Origin: Macrostomum lignano
Taxonomy: Eukaryota
NCBI GenBank assembly: GCA_002269645.1
Contig: NIVC01000514.1
Span: forward strand, 248,001 to 312,000
DNA length: 64,000 nucleotides
Direction of reading: 5' to 3'
The position numbers and the translations under genes are program-made. Below, one piece after another: positions 25,166 to 38,001 of this stretch; the stretch's first letter is position 1; each line of letters starts with the position of its first letter. Below the pieces are notes generated by a model, which saw only the letters and a program-made list of their open reading frames with translations, had not been told where the DNA came from and ran no database searches.

Positions 25166-25610
25166 AAAATGAGTGTGGTTGTCACAGAGATCAGAAAACG
25201 AGAAAACGCCTGGACTCAAAGCCGATGAAGGCATTAAATTGCGTCATGTGTATAAAGGATGACTATAAGTTTATTAGTGTGGAAAATAGGTCAGTGCTAG
25301 AGTACATCATTATTCAGTTGGCTTCCTGCAAGCGCTGATCTGCGCGGCAAGGCCGAGTTACAGAAGTCTGTCACTTGACAACTGCGATTGTCATTAAGGG
25401 CTGATCTCTGCAGTCTTAAGCGCATCCAAAGCTATGATACAAGCATAGGCTCATTTTTGTGAGACAGTTTGAAGTAAGTCTACTTAAGATGCCGAGGAAA
25501 ATCTTAGCAAAAATAATAAAAAAGGCCTGGCTGTGGTCAGCCTGCTTGGCGTGACCTGCTGCTGAAGATTGAAAGATGGAAGCTGCAAACTTCTGAGAGA
25601 TTGGCAGGCG

Positions 25611-25867
<257 letters not shown>

Positions 25868-26036
25868 TCAAAATTTAACAGTCAGTAAACTATAATAAAA
25901 AGACTAAATATGCGTAGAGAAAGTTTTCGAACAAAATGTCAAGTTATAACAAATATGCGGCTACAAAAAGTTGGGAAAATGAAAAGTTTTTGCTCAGCAT
26001 CCAAAGGGTTCGAAGGCCTGGAGCGGTGGCCAGAAG

Positions 26037-28470
26037 TCACCAGTGGGCGCCCCTGAGCTGCACCGCCTTCTCAACGAACTGGTGGTGGCTGGCGTACAGC
26101 TTCAGATCACGGGAGATGTCCTTCCAGCAGACTCCGATTGCGTCATCGCCTGGGGATTCGAAGCAAGAGAATAAATACGGTCCAAGGTGACTGGGTCAAA
26201 GTGGGTCAAGGGTGACTGGGTCACAGTGGGTCAAGGTTGACTGGGTCAATGTTGGTCAAGGTGACTGAGTCAAAGTGGGTCAAGGGTAACTGGAAAATTT
26301 GGGTCAGAGAGTATTTGGGTCCAATATTTCCAAGGGGATTGTGTGTGCTTCTCACTAAAAGCGGGTCGAGGATCAAAGGGCTCCCCTGGCTCCAGTCTCC
26401 CGCACTCACCGGCGTGCAGCTGGAACATGGCCAGGCCGTCGCCATCTTCGTCGTGAAAGTTGACGGCCACCGTCTCCATCCAGGCGTTGTCGGTGTTCCT
26501 GGGGTCGTCCACGTAGCCCTTGTACAGGTCCACGCCGTGGTTGAAGGCCGCTTCCACCTTGGCCTGGTGGGGCGGCGGGGAATTCCCAGGTAAATTCGAT
26601 CCCATTCCCGAATCTCCACTCCGATTCCCGAATCCCCAGCCCGATTCCCGAATCTCCATTCCGATTCCCGAATCCCCAGCTCGATTCCCGAATCTCCATT
26701 CCGATTCCCGAATCCCCAGCCCGATTCCCGAATCTCCATTCCGATTCCCGAATCCCCAGCCCGATTCCAGAATCCCCAGCCCGATTCCCGAATCCCCAGC
26801 CCGATTCCCGAATCCCCAGCCCGATTCCCGAATCCCCACTCTGATTCCCGAATCCCCACTCCGATTCCAGAATCCCCAGCCCGATTCCCGAATCCCCAGC
26901 CCGATTCCCGAATCCCCAGCCCGATTCCCGAATCCCCAGCCCGATTCCCGAATCCCCAGCCCGATTCCCGAATCCCCAGCCCGATTCCCGAATCCCCAGC
27001 CCGATTCCCGAATCCCCAGCCCGATTCCCGAATCCCCAGCCCGATTCCCGAATCCCCAGCCCGATTCCCGAATCCCCAGCCCGATTCCCGAATCCCCAGC
27101 CCGATTCCTGAATCCCCCAGCCCGCCTACCGCCAGCGCAGCTTTGCCGGCCGCATCCGCCATGGTGGAGTCCAGGGCCTCCTCGCCGAACTCGCGCTTGA
27201 GGGTGGCAGAGACCTCCTCGCCGCAGTCCACCATGCCGCCGGGGATCGCCCACTCCTTCACGTCGCCCCTGAGGATGCTGACAAACTGCAGCACCGGGCG
27301 GCCGCTTGCGGGGTCCACGACCTGGCACGGGTTGGCAGCATCGGTTCTGGGCTGTGATTGGCTGGCTTGATTGCTGTTGCACTCTCTACCCCTGCCCAAT
27401 GAGCCCCAGCCTGTGCTCTGATTGCAGCAGTGCCCAGAGACCAACGAACTAACTAAAGCCCCCATCAGCTGGTTCCGCTTCTGCTCCTCACTGCCACCCA
27501 GGCTATATATATTGCCACCGACCTTGGCTCCAGTCTTCGGATCACGCTTCCACCGCGTGACTATAGGGTCGGCAGCGTGGTTCGGGCCCCAGCGGCCGAG
27601 ACAGCCGCGGCCGCGAATGCCGGTCCGGCCGCGCGGGTTCAGTGGCAGACCGTCGGGGTCGAGCGAGTAGCGGCCCTCGTGGCTGACCCGGTTCAGCTCC
27701 CCGGCGTCCGTGCCGTTGAACTTCAGGGCAGGCGCGGCCTTGTTGTTGCTGCGGGCGGGCGGCGGGGCGGCTTGTTGTGACCGTCTATAATTGCTCTCAG
27801 CTCATTGTCTTAAAATGAAAACTAACACCATCCATCTGACAGCTTCCATGAGAATTGTAGGCTTTGTGAGTCATTTGAATGATCAACAGCATCTATTATG
27901 ATCAGCAGCGTATCTTTGAGTCATTTGAATGATCAACAGCATCTATTATAATCAGCAGCGTATCTTTGAGTCATTTGAATGATCAACAGCATCTATTATA
28001 ATCAGCAGCGTATCTTTGAGTCATTTGAATGATCAACAGCATCTATTATGATCAGCAGCGTATCTTTGAGTCATTTGAATTATCAGCAGCATCTATTATG
28101 ATCAGCAGCATATCTTTGAGTCATTTGAATGATTAGCAGCATGTATGGGTCACGTTTTTAAAGTCATTGAAAATTAACTCAAAAATTGACCGGGATTTTT
28201 CACTCATCTGAATAATCAGATGCGGTACACAACTGTCCAGTGAGCTCACAGGATGTCCGGGTCAGCGTAGCTCGCCTTCTTCAGCTTGGCGTCCTCAAAG
28301 TAGGTGGGCTTGTACTCGGGGAAGGCGACACTCCACGGCACCTTGTCGTCTGGCACGGGGAAGCGGTTCACAGTCTTGCCCTTGCCATACACCGGGGTCC
28401 TGGCTTTGGTGTGCACTTGAGCCGCCATTGCCTGCAGGTCTGATAGGCCGCGGACAAAAGCTTTGTACAT
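26037..28470 (-). CDS. NUDT9: ADP-ribose pyrophosphatase NUDT9, 301 aa, 5 exons: 28470-28250, 27748-27523, 27321-27130, 26563-26410, 26149-26037
   Basis: [10 protein letters not shown]; [30 protein letters not shown]; Nudix box [21 protein letters not shown]; [15 protein letters not shown]; terminal LYASH...AHW*. All junctions are in phase. Confidence 0.95.
26180..26295. repeat. ~24-bp short repeat (caaggtgactgggtcaaagtgggt), NUDT9 last intron
   Basis: About 4-5 imperfect copies. Confidence 0.75.
26600..27120. repeat. 20-bp minisatellite (ccgattcccgaatccccagc), NUDT9 intron 3
   Basis: Direct tandem periodicity. Confidence 0.95.
27865..28145. repeat. 50-bp minisatellite, ~5.5 copies, NUDT9 intron 1
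   Basis: tcatttgaat recurs at 27871, 27921 and onward with period 50. Confidence 0.9.
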
Positions 28471-31170
28471 TCGCGTGTGAGATCTGCCGGGGCTGAGAGC
28501 ACTGCAGGGCAGCACAGGAGCTGCAAAATCGCGGGTAATTTAAATTGGTGAGCCAGAATTCCACGTTAAAACTGAACCAATGGAATTTTTATAATAACTA
28601 AAACAAAAATTAATCAACTTTCAACCAAAAACGAAACTACTATGCTACTCAGTCACTATGAATGAATGCACTGTGAAAATTTTACATAAATAAATTAAAA
28701 TTAATTAACTACTTACAGTCGTTAAGAACTGATCAGTAAAATATTCAAAACACTTATTGAGCATACTAGCATACTAGCCATTTTGCATAGACCCAGATGC
28801 TGACTAATTACAAAATAATAAGTTTCTATTGCAGGCTTCCTTCATTGTCTAAGTCTAATGGCAATCCTTTATAATATAAAATTTTTGTTTAAGTTTACTT
28901 TCAAAGCTGTAATACTGCTTTTTGTGTGGCATCTCTACTAGACAAATGCTTTTTAAATTTTGGTCTATGAATATGATACTCTTGATATGTTTGATACAAT
29001 AAACTTTTATTGGTAAAACAATTAGGCCTAATAGATAAATAAATAATAAATGATTAACAAATATTGTTATGCCATATATTTTTAGATTTGGCATTTCTTA
29101 AATGCAGTTCTGAAGCAAAACAAACTTCATGTAATTTGCTGTCATTCACACTTTGATTGTACTTCTTAAATACAATACTGTTTCATATAAAACTATAATA
29201 AGAATGAATAATCTAATCTATTTCAACTGACAATATTTCAATATCTTTCATAGTTAGGCTTGATAAGCAGTTAATTAATCCAACCAAATGCAATAAATAA
29301 ATGGCTAAAAGTTAGCAATAATGGTTACATAACCCTAAATCTACGAATAATTAATAAGCTATAAGATAGTCATTTAAATACGAATTGTCCAACAAAAGTC
29401 GAGCAGAAAACAGCCGTTCACTGAAACTTGAAATTAATTTTTAGCAGTTTAAGACAGAATTTATAAATTTTTATAACTTAAATATCTTTGCCGGTAAGGA
29501 AACACGCCAATTAGATCTTTCAAAATCGTGAGGCGTGAGCAAAGAACTTAAACCTATAATCACACAATTTTCATACGTGGGAAGCGTCAAACGATTTCGT
29601 GTTGGGTTAAAAAATTAAAAACAATAATTTCTCACGCGTTAAATTAGTCAGGATACACACACTTCTGTCTATTTACAATCTTCTCATTTCAAGTGCTTTT
29701 TTATAAACAGCAAACCATCAAGAACGAAAATTTGTCAGTGAAATATTATTTTTAGTGAAAACAAAGTAAAAAAATTATTTGTTTTACTCTACGAAGATAA
29801 TAATCTAAATTAATCCGTGAAACCACAATTATTACATTGCCGTTATAGCATTTCTTATGAGGAGATGGAGATGATGCTAAGAAGTTCATGAATGGATTCG
29901 AATTATATCAAGTAAAAAGGTGTTGAAGGAGCTGGATTTCGCGCGAATTAAAATTTACGCCTCTGCTTTTACGAATATAGATTTTTAGCAACTGAAAATT
30001 CGACTGAATACATTTAAATGAGTATTCTATTTTCCCTAATGATAGTCAAATTTAGTCACTCGGAACACATTGGTGTACATTCGCGCAAGTGCAATCCTAA
30101 GTCCTTGCGAAATCAAGTCGCTCGAAATCTACCACTCTAAATTCGTTCGCGAGAGTTACAGATGAGAGCTACATATGTTGCATCTCTTGCTGAACATGAC
30201 GCTTCTTCTTAGAGCACTTCAGAATAAATCTTTTTTGTAAAATTTATTACATTTAACATAACTTAAAGGCCAAAAAAGTTAATTACTCTAATGCAAATGG
30301 GAAATTGATTTCAGATACCCCCGTATATAATATTAGTTACAGCAGTCTACACTGAAGTCACGCGTAGATGTATTGTTGCCTAGTACATGTACAGTAAATG
30401 AGAATTCTCCAGTTCATACGAGCGTAGTAGTAGCGAATTTGAAAAAAGCCGGAAATTCAGCTATCTGATCGTGCACTCAGGGCAGTTTATACACGGTATT
30501 CCATGACTGCATGAAATTTTATTGATGCTAATGAGAGCTCAACTCAATTCAGGGCTCTTGTACAGGGAGGGCTCCTGCGAATCGCAGCGCCACCAGTTTC
30601 TTGGCTTTTTTCAACCGAACAGACTCAATTTTGAATTACAACTGAAGACAAATTCAAGCAAGAAGTGAATTGTTACTATTCGTGCTGGAAACAAAGCAAA
30701 CTAAGCACAAAACTTTATTTCTGCTTTACGAGTAAACAAACCTTCAAGGCAAAAGCACAGACAACACCGAGAATGAGCAAGCTAAAGACATAAAGGCATG
30801 CAAAATCAAAAAAGTACAAAAAGAATGACATAATTAGCCGGCAATGACACACGCAACGAATGCTAAACAAAGAGCAGCGCCAATGCAGACCGCAACGAGC
30901 GCCAATGCTCTTCCGCCAACAGTTGAAGACGACAATTTCGAGACGCAAAATGCTCATTAGATAACAAGCAGCAAGTTCTGGTTAAATAGTGGCAATTAAT
31001 ATAGAAACTAAATAAACAATTGCTACCAAAAAGCTCTTTCGAGCATATTTGCCATGATTCCGATTGGGAAGCAGCTTCCATTCACCAACTGCCATTGCTC
31101 TACCTTAATATGAGCACGGATGCCAGAAGATATACAAGAATCCAACAGTTTAAAATCGCAGTTCCGGTCT

Positions 31171-34100
31171 CTAGCCAATCACGAGACCCCGTCCGATGGC
31201 TTTAATGAATTTCTCCTCGACATCCTCTGGCGACCCGGGAGGGCCCGGCAGCAGCTGCTGCAGTCGCAGGAGCCGCTCGTCCTGCAGCGGCGCAGTTTGA
31301 GGCCCAGCCGGCGGATTTTGCTGCTGCTGCTGCGACTTCCTCGGCGGCCCGACATCGGAGAGGCGCAGCGGCCTGAAGGCGGACTTGTTCCTCTGCTTGC
31401 GGGGCCCCGAGTGGAAGCCGGCGCCGCCATAACTGTTCATGCTGCCCTCCGCGCCGCTGGGAATCAGCTGGGTGGTTGGCTTCTTCGCCGAGATCACCGC
31501 TGCCCGCGCTGCCGCCGAGGTCGGCGGAGGCGGGCAGGAGAGCCGCGAGGCATCCCAGCTGGAGACGGGATGGCCGGCAACGCGCAGCTGCCCGGCCGGG
31601 TAGCAGCGGACAGCGGGCGGCGGCTGCGGCGCTGGCAGGGACATCTCAAGGGGCCTCAGACCGCGGCCGCGCCCTCCGCCGCGACCTTCGGGGCCAGAAA
31701 GGCGCTGCAGCTCCGGCTGCGGCCCCCACGCCGAACCCGGCTTCGCTGGCTGGCAGAGCCGCGGCTTCTGAAAGCAGGGCCCGCCCACCGGGCTGAGGGA
31801 GCGGAAGAGCGCTGCCAGCGCCGATTCGAAGGCGTCCAGCCGCTCCGGGGAGCCCTCGCAGAGCAGCAGCGGCGGCGCTCGGCCGTGGTCAGCCAGGCGG
31901 AGCAGCCGCTGGAACCGTCGGCCATCGAAGGCGAGGAAGCCGGCAGCAACGGAGTTCACGACCTCCGGGCTGACGCGGCCGCAGGCGTCGCTGACGAAGA
32001 CGGCGGTGTCGAGGCCGGCGGCAAAGAGGCTCGCCAGCTGCAGGCCGCGGAGCGTCGGCGGCGGCTCGGAGGCGTCGGCGGTGACCGCGGCGGCCACAGC
32101 GTTGGCGTCTAAGCTGGGAGCCTCTGGAGCGTCGGCATCGCAGCCCAGCAGCAGCGTGGCGAGCAGGGCGTGCAGCTCGAAAGGCTGCAGAAGCGGCTTG
32201 CAGGGCGGCGGCAGCAGCAGGCAGCGGAGCACGCTGAGCGGCAGGAAGAGGCCGGGCGGCACCGCAGCCGGGTCCAGCAGCGGCTGGGCGCACAGCGGAT
32301 CGGCCAGGCGCCAGCCGTGCATGCAGGCCAGGAAGGCCGTGGTTCGAACCCCGTCTCCAGCCTGGCCGACTCTGCCCCAGAGCTCGGCGCAGAGGGGCAG
32401 CTCCAGCTGCTTAAGGCCCTTTTCGAACCTCGCAGTTGTCATCAAGACGGTGCTGGTGGTCAGACCGCGCTCCTGCCGGCACACCGTTTCCTGGAAAGCG
32501 GGCCAGAGGAGGAGGCTGAGAGCGGGGGTTGCGGGACAAAATGAGAACTTAATTTTTCAAAACTGCAAGAGGTACAGTATACTTGTCACACTGTCAGAGG
32601 CATACCTGTGAATATCCGTCACACTGTCAGAGGCATACCTGTGAATATCCGTCACACTGTCAGAGGCATACCTGTGAATATCCGTCACACTGTCAGAGGC
32701 ATACCTGTGAATATCCGTCACACTGTCAGAGGCATATCTGTGAATATCCATCACACTGTCAGAGGCATACCTGTGAATATCCGTCACACTGTCACAGGCA
32801 TACCTGTGAATGTCACACTGTCACAGGCATGTCCACACGCCTACATACCCGCACAGCTGCAGCAGAACAGTTGATGTCTTCCTCAGCGCGGCGGATGTCG
32901 TACAGCAGCAGGTAGGCCCTGGCTCGGATGTCGGCGAACAGGTCCACCGTCAGCTCCAGCCGGTCGTCAAGCTCAGCCGCTTCCGGCTGCGGCGGGTCCT
33001 CGAAGCCGAGCTCGATGCGGACCTCCCGGTAGTGCAGCACCTGCGCCACCCAGGGGTGCAGCTGGCCGGACAGGTGCAGCTCCTTGGCCCGGCTCACCAG
33101 CCAGGGGTCGAACTTGTGACCTTCGATGCAGGCATCGACGGGCGCCGGGGGCGACTTCGGGTCCTGCGCGGTGGCGGGGCTGCAGCAGGGCCCGTAGAAG
33201 GCCAGGCCGGCCTCGATTTGCCTGCGCAGGCCGCTGCGCTCCTCCTCGCTTGCTGCGTGGCTGGTGAGATGGGAGTGAAGGGCGGGGAGGGGATGGCGAA
33301 TACACCTGGGATCGGGGAGGGGGTGGCGGACACACCTGGGATCGGGGAGGGGTCACGGACACACCTGGGATGGGATCGGGGAGTTGTGATTAAGATTTTC
33401 GAAGCCCCGCTCAAAAGCTTACGGCTCAAGCAGCTTTAATGCCTCGTCCACAGCGTCGGGAGAGGAAAAACCAGCGACGACCTTGGCCACCGCCAGAGCA
33501 ACAGAGCGCAGTCGGGCCTGCGGGAATGGAGGGGTTGATACTCAGTTGCTACTCAAATGCTACTCAGTTGCTACTCAGTTGCTACTCAAATGCTACTCAG
33601 TTGCTACTCAAATGCTAACTCAGTTGCTACTCAAATGCTACTCAAATGCTACTCAGTTGCTACTCAAATGCTAACTCAGTTGCTACTCAAATGCTAACTC
33701 AGTTGCTACTCAAATGCTACTCAGTGGCTACTCAGTTGCTACTCAAATGCTACTCAGTTGCTACTCAAATGCTACTCAGTTGCTACTCAAATGCTAACTC
33801 AGTTGCTACTCAAATGCTAACTCAGTTGCTACTCAAATGCTATGTACTCAGTGGCTACTCAGTTGCTACTCAAATGCTACTCAGTGGCTACTCAGTTGCT
33901 ACTCAAATGCTAACTCAGTTGCTACTCAAATGCTACTCAGTGGCTACTCAGTTGCTACTCAAATGCTACTCAGTTGCTACTCAAATGCTACTCAGTTGCT
34001 ACTCAAATGCTAACTCAGTTGCTACTCAAATGCTATGTACTCAGTGGCTACTCAGTTGCTACTCAAATGCTACTCAGTTGCTAATCAAATGCTACTCAGT

Positions 34101-37100
34101 GGCTACTCAGTTGCTAATCAAATGCTACTCAGTGGCTACTCAGTTGCTACTCAAATGCTATGTACTCAGTGGCTACTCAGTTGCTAATCAAATGCTACTC
34201 AGTGGCTACTCAGTTGCTACTCAAATGCTAACTCAGTTGCTACTCAAATGCTACTCAAATGCTACTCAGTTGCTAATCAAATGCTACTCAGTGGCTACTC
34301 AGTTGCTACTCAAATGCTATGTACTCAGTGGCTACTCAGTTGCTACTCAAATGCTATGTACTCAGTGGCTACTCAGTTGCTACTCAAATGCTATGTACTC
34401 AGTGGCTACTCAGTTGCTACTCAAATGCTATGTACTCAGTGGCTACTCAGTTGCTAATCAAATGCTACTCAGTGGCTACTCAGTTGCTACTCAAATGCTA
34501 CTCAGTGGCTACACAGTTGCTAATCAAATGCTACTCAGTGGCTACTCAGTTGCTACTCAAATGCTATGTACTCAGTGGCTACTCAGTTGCTACTCAAATG
34601 CTATGTACTCAGTGGCTACTCAGTTGCTACTCAAATGCTATGTACTCAGTGGCTACTCAGTTGCTAATCAAATGCTACTCAGTGGCTACTCAGTTGCTAC
34701 TCAAATGCTAACTCAGTTGCTACTCAAATGCTACTCAAATGCTACTCAGTTGCTAATCAAATGCTACTCAGTGGCTACTCAGTTGCTACTCAAATGCTAT
34801 GTACTCAGTGGCTACTCAGTTGCTACTCAAATGCTATGTACTCAGTGGCTACTCAGTTGCTACTCAAATGCTATGTACTCAGTGGCTACTCAGTTGCTAC
34901 TCAAATGCTATGTACTCAGTGGCTACTCAGTTGCTAATCAAATGCTACTCAGTGGCTACTCAGTTGCTACTCAAATGCTACTCAGTGGCTACACAGTTGC
35001 TAATCAAATGCTACTCAGTGGCTACTCAGTTGCTACTCAAATGCTATGTACTCAGTAGCTACTCAGTTGCTAATCAAATGCTACTCAGTGGCTACTCAGT
35101 TGCTACTCAAATGCTACTCAGTGGCTACTCAGTTGCTACTCAAATGCTATGTACTCAGTGGCTACTCAGTTGCTACTCAAATGCTATGTACTCAGTGGCT
35201 ACTCAGTTGCTACTCAAATGCTATGTACTCAGTGGCTACTCAGTTGCTACTCAAATGCTATGTACTCAGTGGCTACTCAGTTGCTACTCAAATGCTATGT
35301 ACTCAGTGGCTACTCAGTTGCTACTCAAATGCTATGTACTCAGTGGCTACTCAGTTGCTAATCAAATGCTACTCAGTGGCTACTCAGTTGCTACTCAAAT
35401 GCTACTCAGTGGCTACACAGTTGCTAATCAAATGCTACTCAGTGGCTACTCAGTTGCTACTCAAATGCTATGTACTCAGTGGCTACTCAGTTGCTAATCA
35501 AATGCTACTCAGTGGCTACTCAGTTGCTACTCAAATGCTACTCAGTGGCTACACAGTTGCTAATCAAATGCTACTCAGTTATACTGAGCAAAAGCGGTGG
35601 GAAATCAGCCACCTGTCGGGGCTCTGAGCTGCATTCGGGCGCCAGCTCCAGATGCAGCTTCTGCAGGCAGTCGGCAGGCAGGAAGCGGTCGGTCAGCAGG
35701 CAGGCCAGCATTGGCAGGCGGTCGGCGCTGAGGCCCAGCAGGCCGCACAGGCGGGGCAGCAGCGCCTGGCGCATCTGCAGCTGCTGGTAGCCATGGAAAG
35801 CCCTGCCGCCCGCTGGGCCCAGCGAGTTCAGCTGCAGCAACGAACGGTTGGGCGGCTGCAGCAGCCAGCAGAGCGGCGAGTCGCTGGCGATGGCGCGGCA
35901 GCCGATGTTGGCAGAGATACGGGCGCACTCAGCCAAGCGGCTGTCCAGAGACTGCTGGCACGGCACCTCCAGGCGGCGCAGGCAAAAGCGCAGGGCTGTG
36001 ATGAGGCCCGGGGGCGGCAGCCACAGCGAGAAAGCCGGGCGGGGCCAGGTCTGCTGCGCCTGGGCACCTGCAGCTGGCTGCAGCTCGCGCAGGTACCTGG
36101 CGGATCGGAAAAGCGGCGAGTAAAGGTAACTGAGCTGGAACACTCAAAATTCGGCATGTGGAGGAACAGGAAGGAGCGGAAAGAGGTAAGAGTAAGAGGG
36201 ATCAATGGGGTAGAGGGTCAAGAGGGTAGAGGGGTCAAGAGGGTAGAGGGGTCAAGAGGGTAGAGGGGTCAAGAGGGTAGAGGGAGGGGTCAAGAGAGTA
36301 GAGAGGTCAAGAGAGTAGAGAGGTCATGAGGGCAGAGGGAGGGGTCAAGAGAGTAGAGGGGTCAAGAGGGTAGAGGGGTCAAGAGGGTAGAGGGGTCAAG
36401 AGGGTAGAGGGGTCAAGAGGGTAGAGGGAGGGGTCAAGAGAGTAGAGAGGTCAAGAGAGTAGAGGGGTCATGAGGGCAGAGGGAGGGGTCAAGAGAGTAG
36501 AGGGGTCAAGAGAGTAGAGGGGTCAAGAGAGTAGAGAGGTCAAGAGAGTGGAGAGGTCATGAGGGTAGAGGGAGGGGTCAAGAGAGTAGAGAGGTCAAGA
36601 GAGTAGAGAGGTCATGAGGGTAGAGGGAGGGGTCAAGAGAGTAGAGGGGTCAAGAGAGTAGAGAGGTCAAGAGAGTAGAGGTCAAGAGAGTAGAGAGGTC
36701 AAGAGAGTAGAGAGGTCATGAGGGTAGAGGGAGGGGTCAAGAGAGTAGAGGGGTCAAGAGAGTAGAGGGGTCAAGAGGGTAGAGGGGTCAAGAGGGTAGA
36801 GGGAGGGGTCAAGAGAGTAGAGAAGTCAAGAGAGTAGAGAGGTCATGAGGGTAGAGGGAGGGGTTAAGAGAGTAGAGAGGTCATGAGGGTAGAGAGGTCA
36901 AGAGATTAGAGGTCAAGAGAGTAGAGAGGTCAAGAGAGTAGAGAGGTCATGAGGGTAGAGGGAGGGGTCAAGAGAGTAGAGGGGTCAAGAGAGTAGAGGG
37001 GTCAAGAGAGTAGAGGTCAAGAGAGTAGAGAGGTCAAGAGAGTAGAGAGGTCAAGAGAGTGGAGAGGTCAAGAGAGTAGAGGTCAAGAGAGTAGAGAGGT

Positions 37101-37712
37101 CATGAGGGTAGAGGGAGGGGTCAAGAGAGTAGAGAGGTCATGAGGGTAGAGGGAGGGGTCAAGAGAGTAGAGAGGTCAGGAGGGTAGAGGGAGGGGTCAA
37201 GAGGGTAGAGGGAGGGGTCAAGAGAGTAGAGGTCATGAGGGTAGAGGGAGGGGCAAGAGAGTAGAGGTCAATAGGGTTTAGGGGGGGTATGCAGTGCCCA
37301 GCCCGCACCGGATAATCGTGGCCACCCGCTGCTTTCTCCCCCGCTGCTCGGCGGCCCAGTCGAGCTTGTCGCAGTGGCTGGCGCCGCCGTCCCCCGGCAA
37401 CAGCGGCATGGGCAGGAAGAGGCTCGCCTGGAAGTCGCGCAGGCGGGCCGCCAGGTTGAGCCGCAGGCCGCGCCAGTCGCAGCCACAGAGCCAGCCGGTG
37501 CGGGGCCCGCAGATCCAGCGGAGGCTGTCGCCGAGATCAATGAGGACGGCCGGCTGCTTGCCGTTGATGGGCCGCTGACCGGCCGTCAGGTCGCTGCCAT
37601 CGGGCTTGCTCGTTAGCAGGGTGTGCAGAGTGCTGAGGCTCACCAGCTGGTGGAACTCCTCCACGGGCTGCCGGCTGGTGAGCTCGTGCAGGCAGCGGGA
37701 CAGGCTGCACAT
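31171..37712 (-). CDS. FAM120: FAM120 family (PIN-like fold, constitutive coactivator of PPAR-gamma-like) protein, ~904 aa, 5 exons: 37712-37309, 36096-35613, 33517-33423, 33260-32849, 32490-31171
   Basis: VLIDLGDSLRWICG..GWLCGCDW (cf. LLVDADNCLHRLYG..DWVSGGQW); WLPPPGL (cf. WFLPPVC); DRLPMLACLL..RFLP; AVFVSDACG...FDGRRFQ (cf. ALFANDACG...FDGKLFQ). Phases are consistent. Confidence 0.85.
32585..32825. repeat. 33-bp minisatellite, ~7 copies, FAM120 intron 4
   Basis: Unit cacactgtcagaggcatacctgtgaatatccgt. Confidence 0.95.
33538..35580. repeat. ~2-kb array of 11-15-bp modules (ctactcagttg/ctactcaaatg/ctactcagtgg), FAM120 intron 2
   Basis: Direct periodicity; identical ORF translations at 34248/34728 and ORF starts at 34319/34799 indicate a 480-bp higher-order duplication. 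Confidence 0.95.
36200..37270. repeat. Purine-rich 17-22-bp minisatellite (ggtcaagagagtagagag), FAM120 intron 1
   Basis: Direct periodicity; pyrimidine-rich on the sense strand. Confidence 0.95.
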
Positions 37713-38001
37713 TGTGGGCTGCGGATTGCTGTAAAGGGGGGCGGCGGTGGGACTTCTGACACAGGGCTCGGCCGGGGCTGACACAGAATACCTGTAGGTT
37801 TATAGATGTAATCAATTGTAAGGCTGATAAAATCGAAATTAATTTCAAGGCATGTCACGCAACATACTACTTATACTGAAACACATGACAGTTGAAATGT
37901 AATTGATTATAAATATGACAGAATGTAGGCAGGCAAAATGCTATCAGTTTGGATACATATCGGCCGCGGCAATTAGTTAAAAGGTTATAAGAAGATTCCA
38001 G

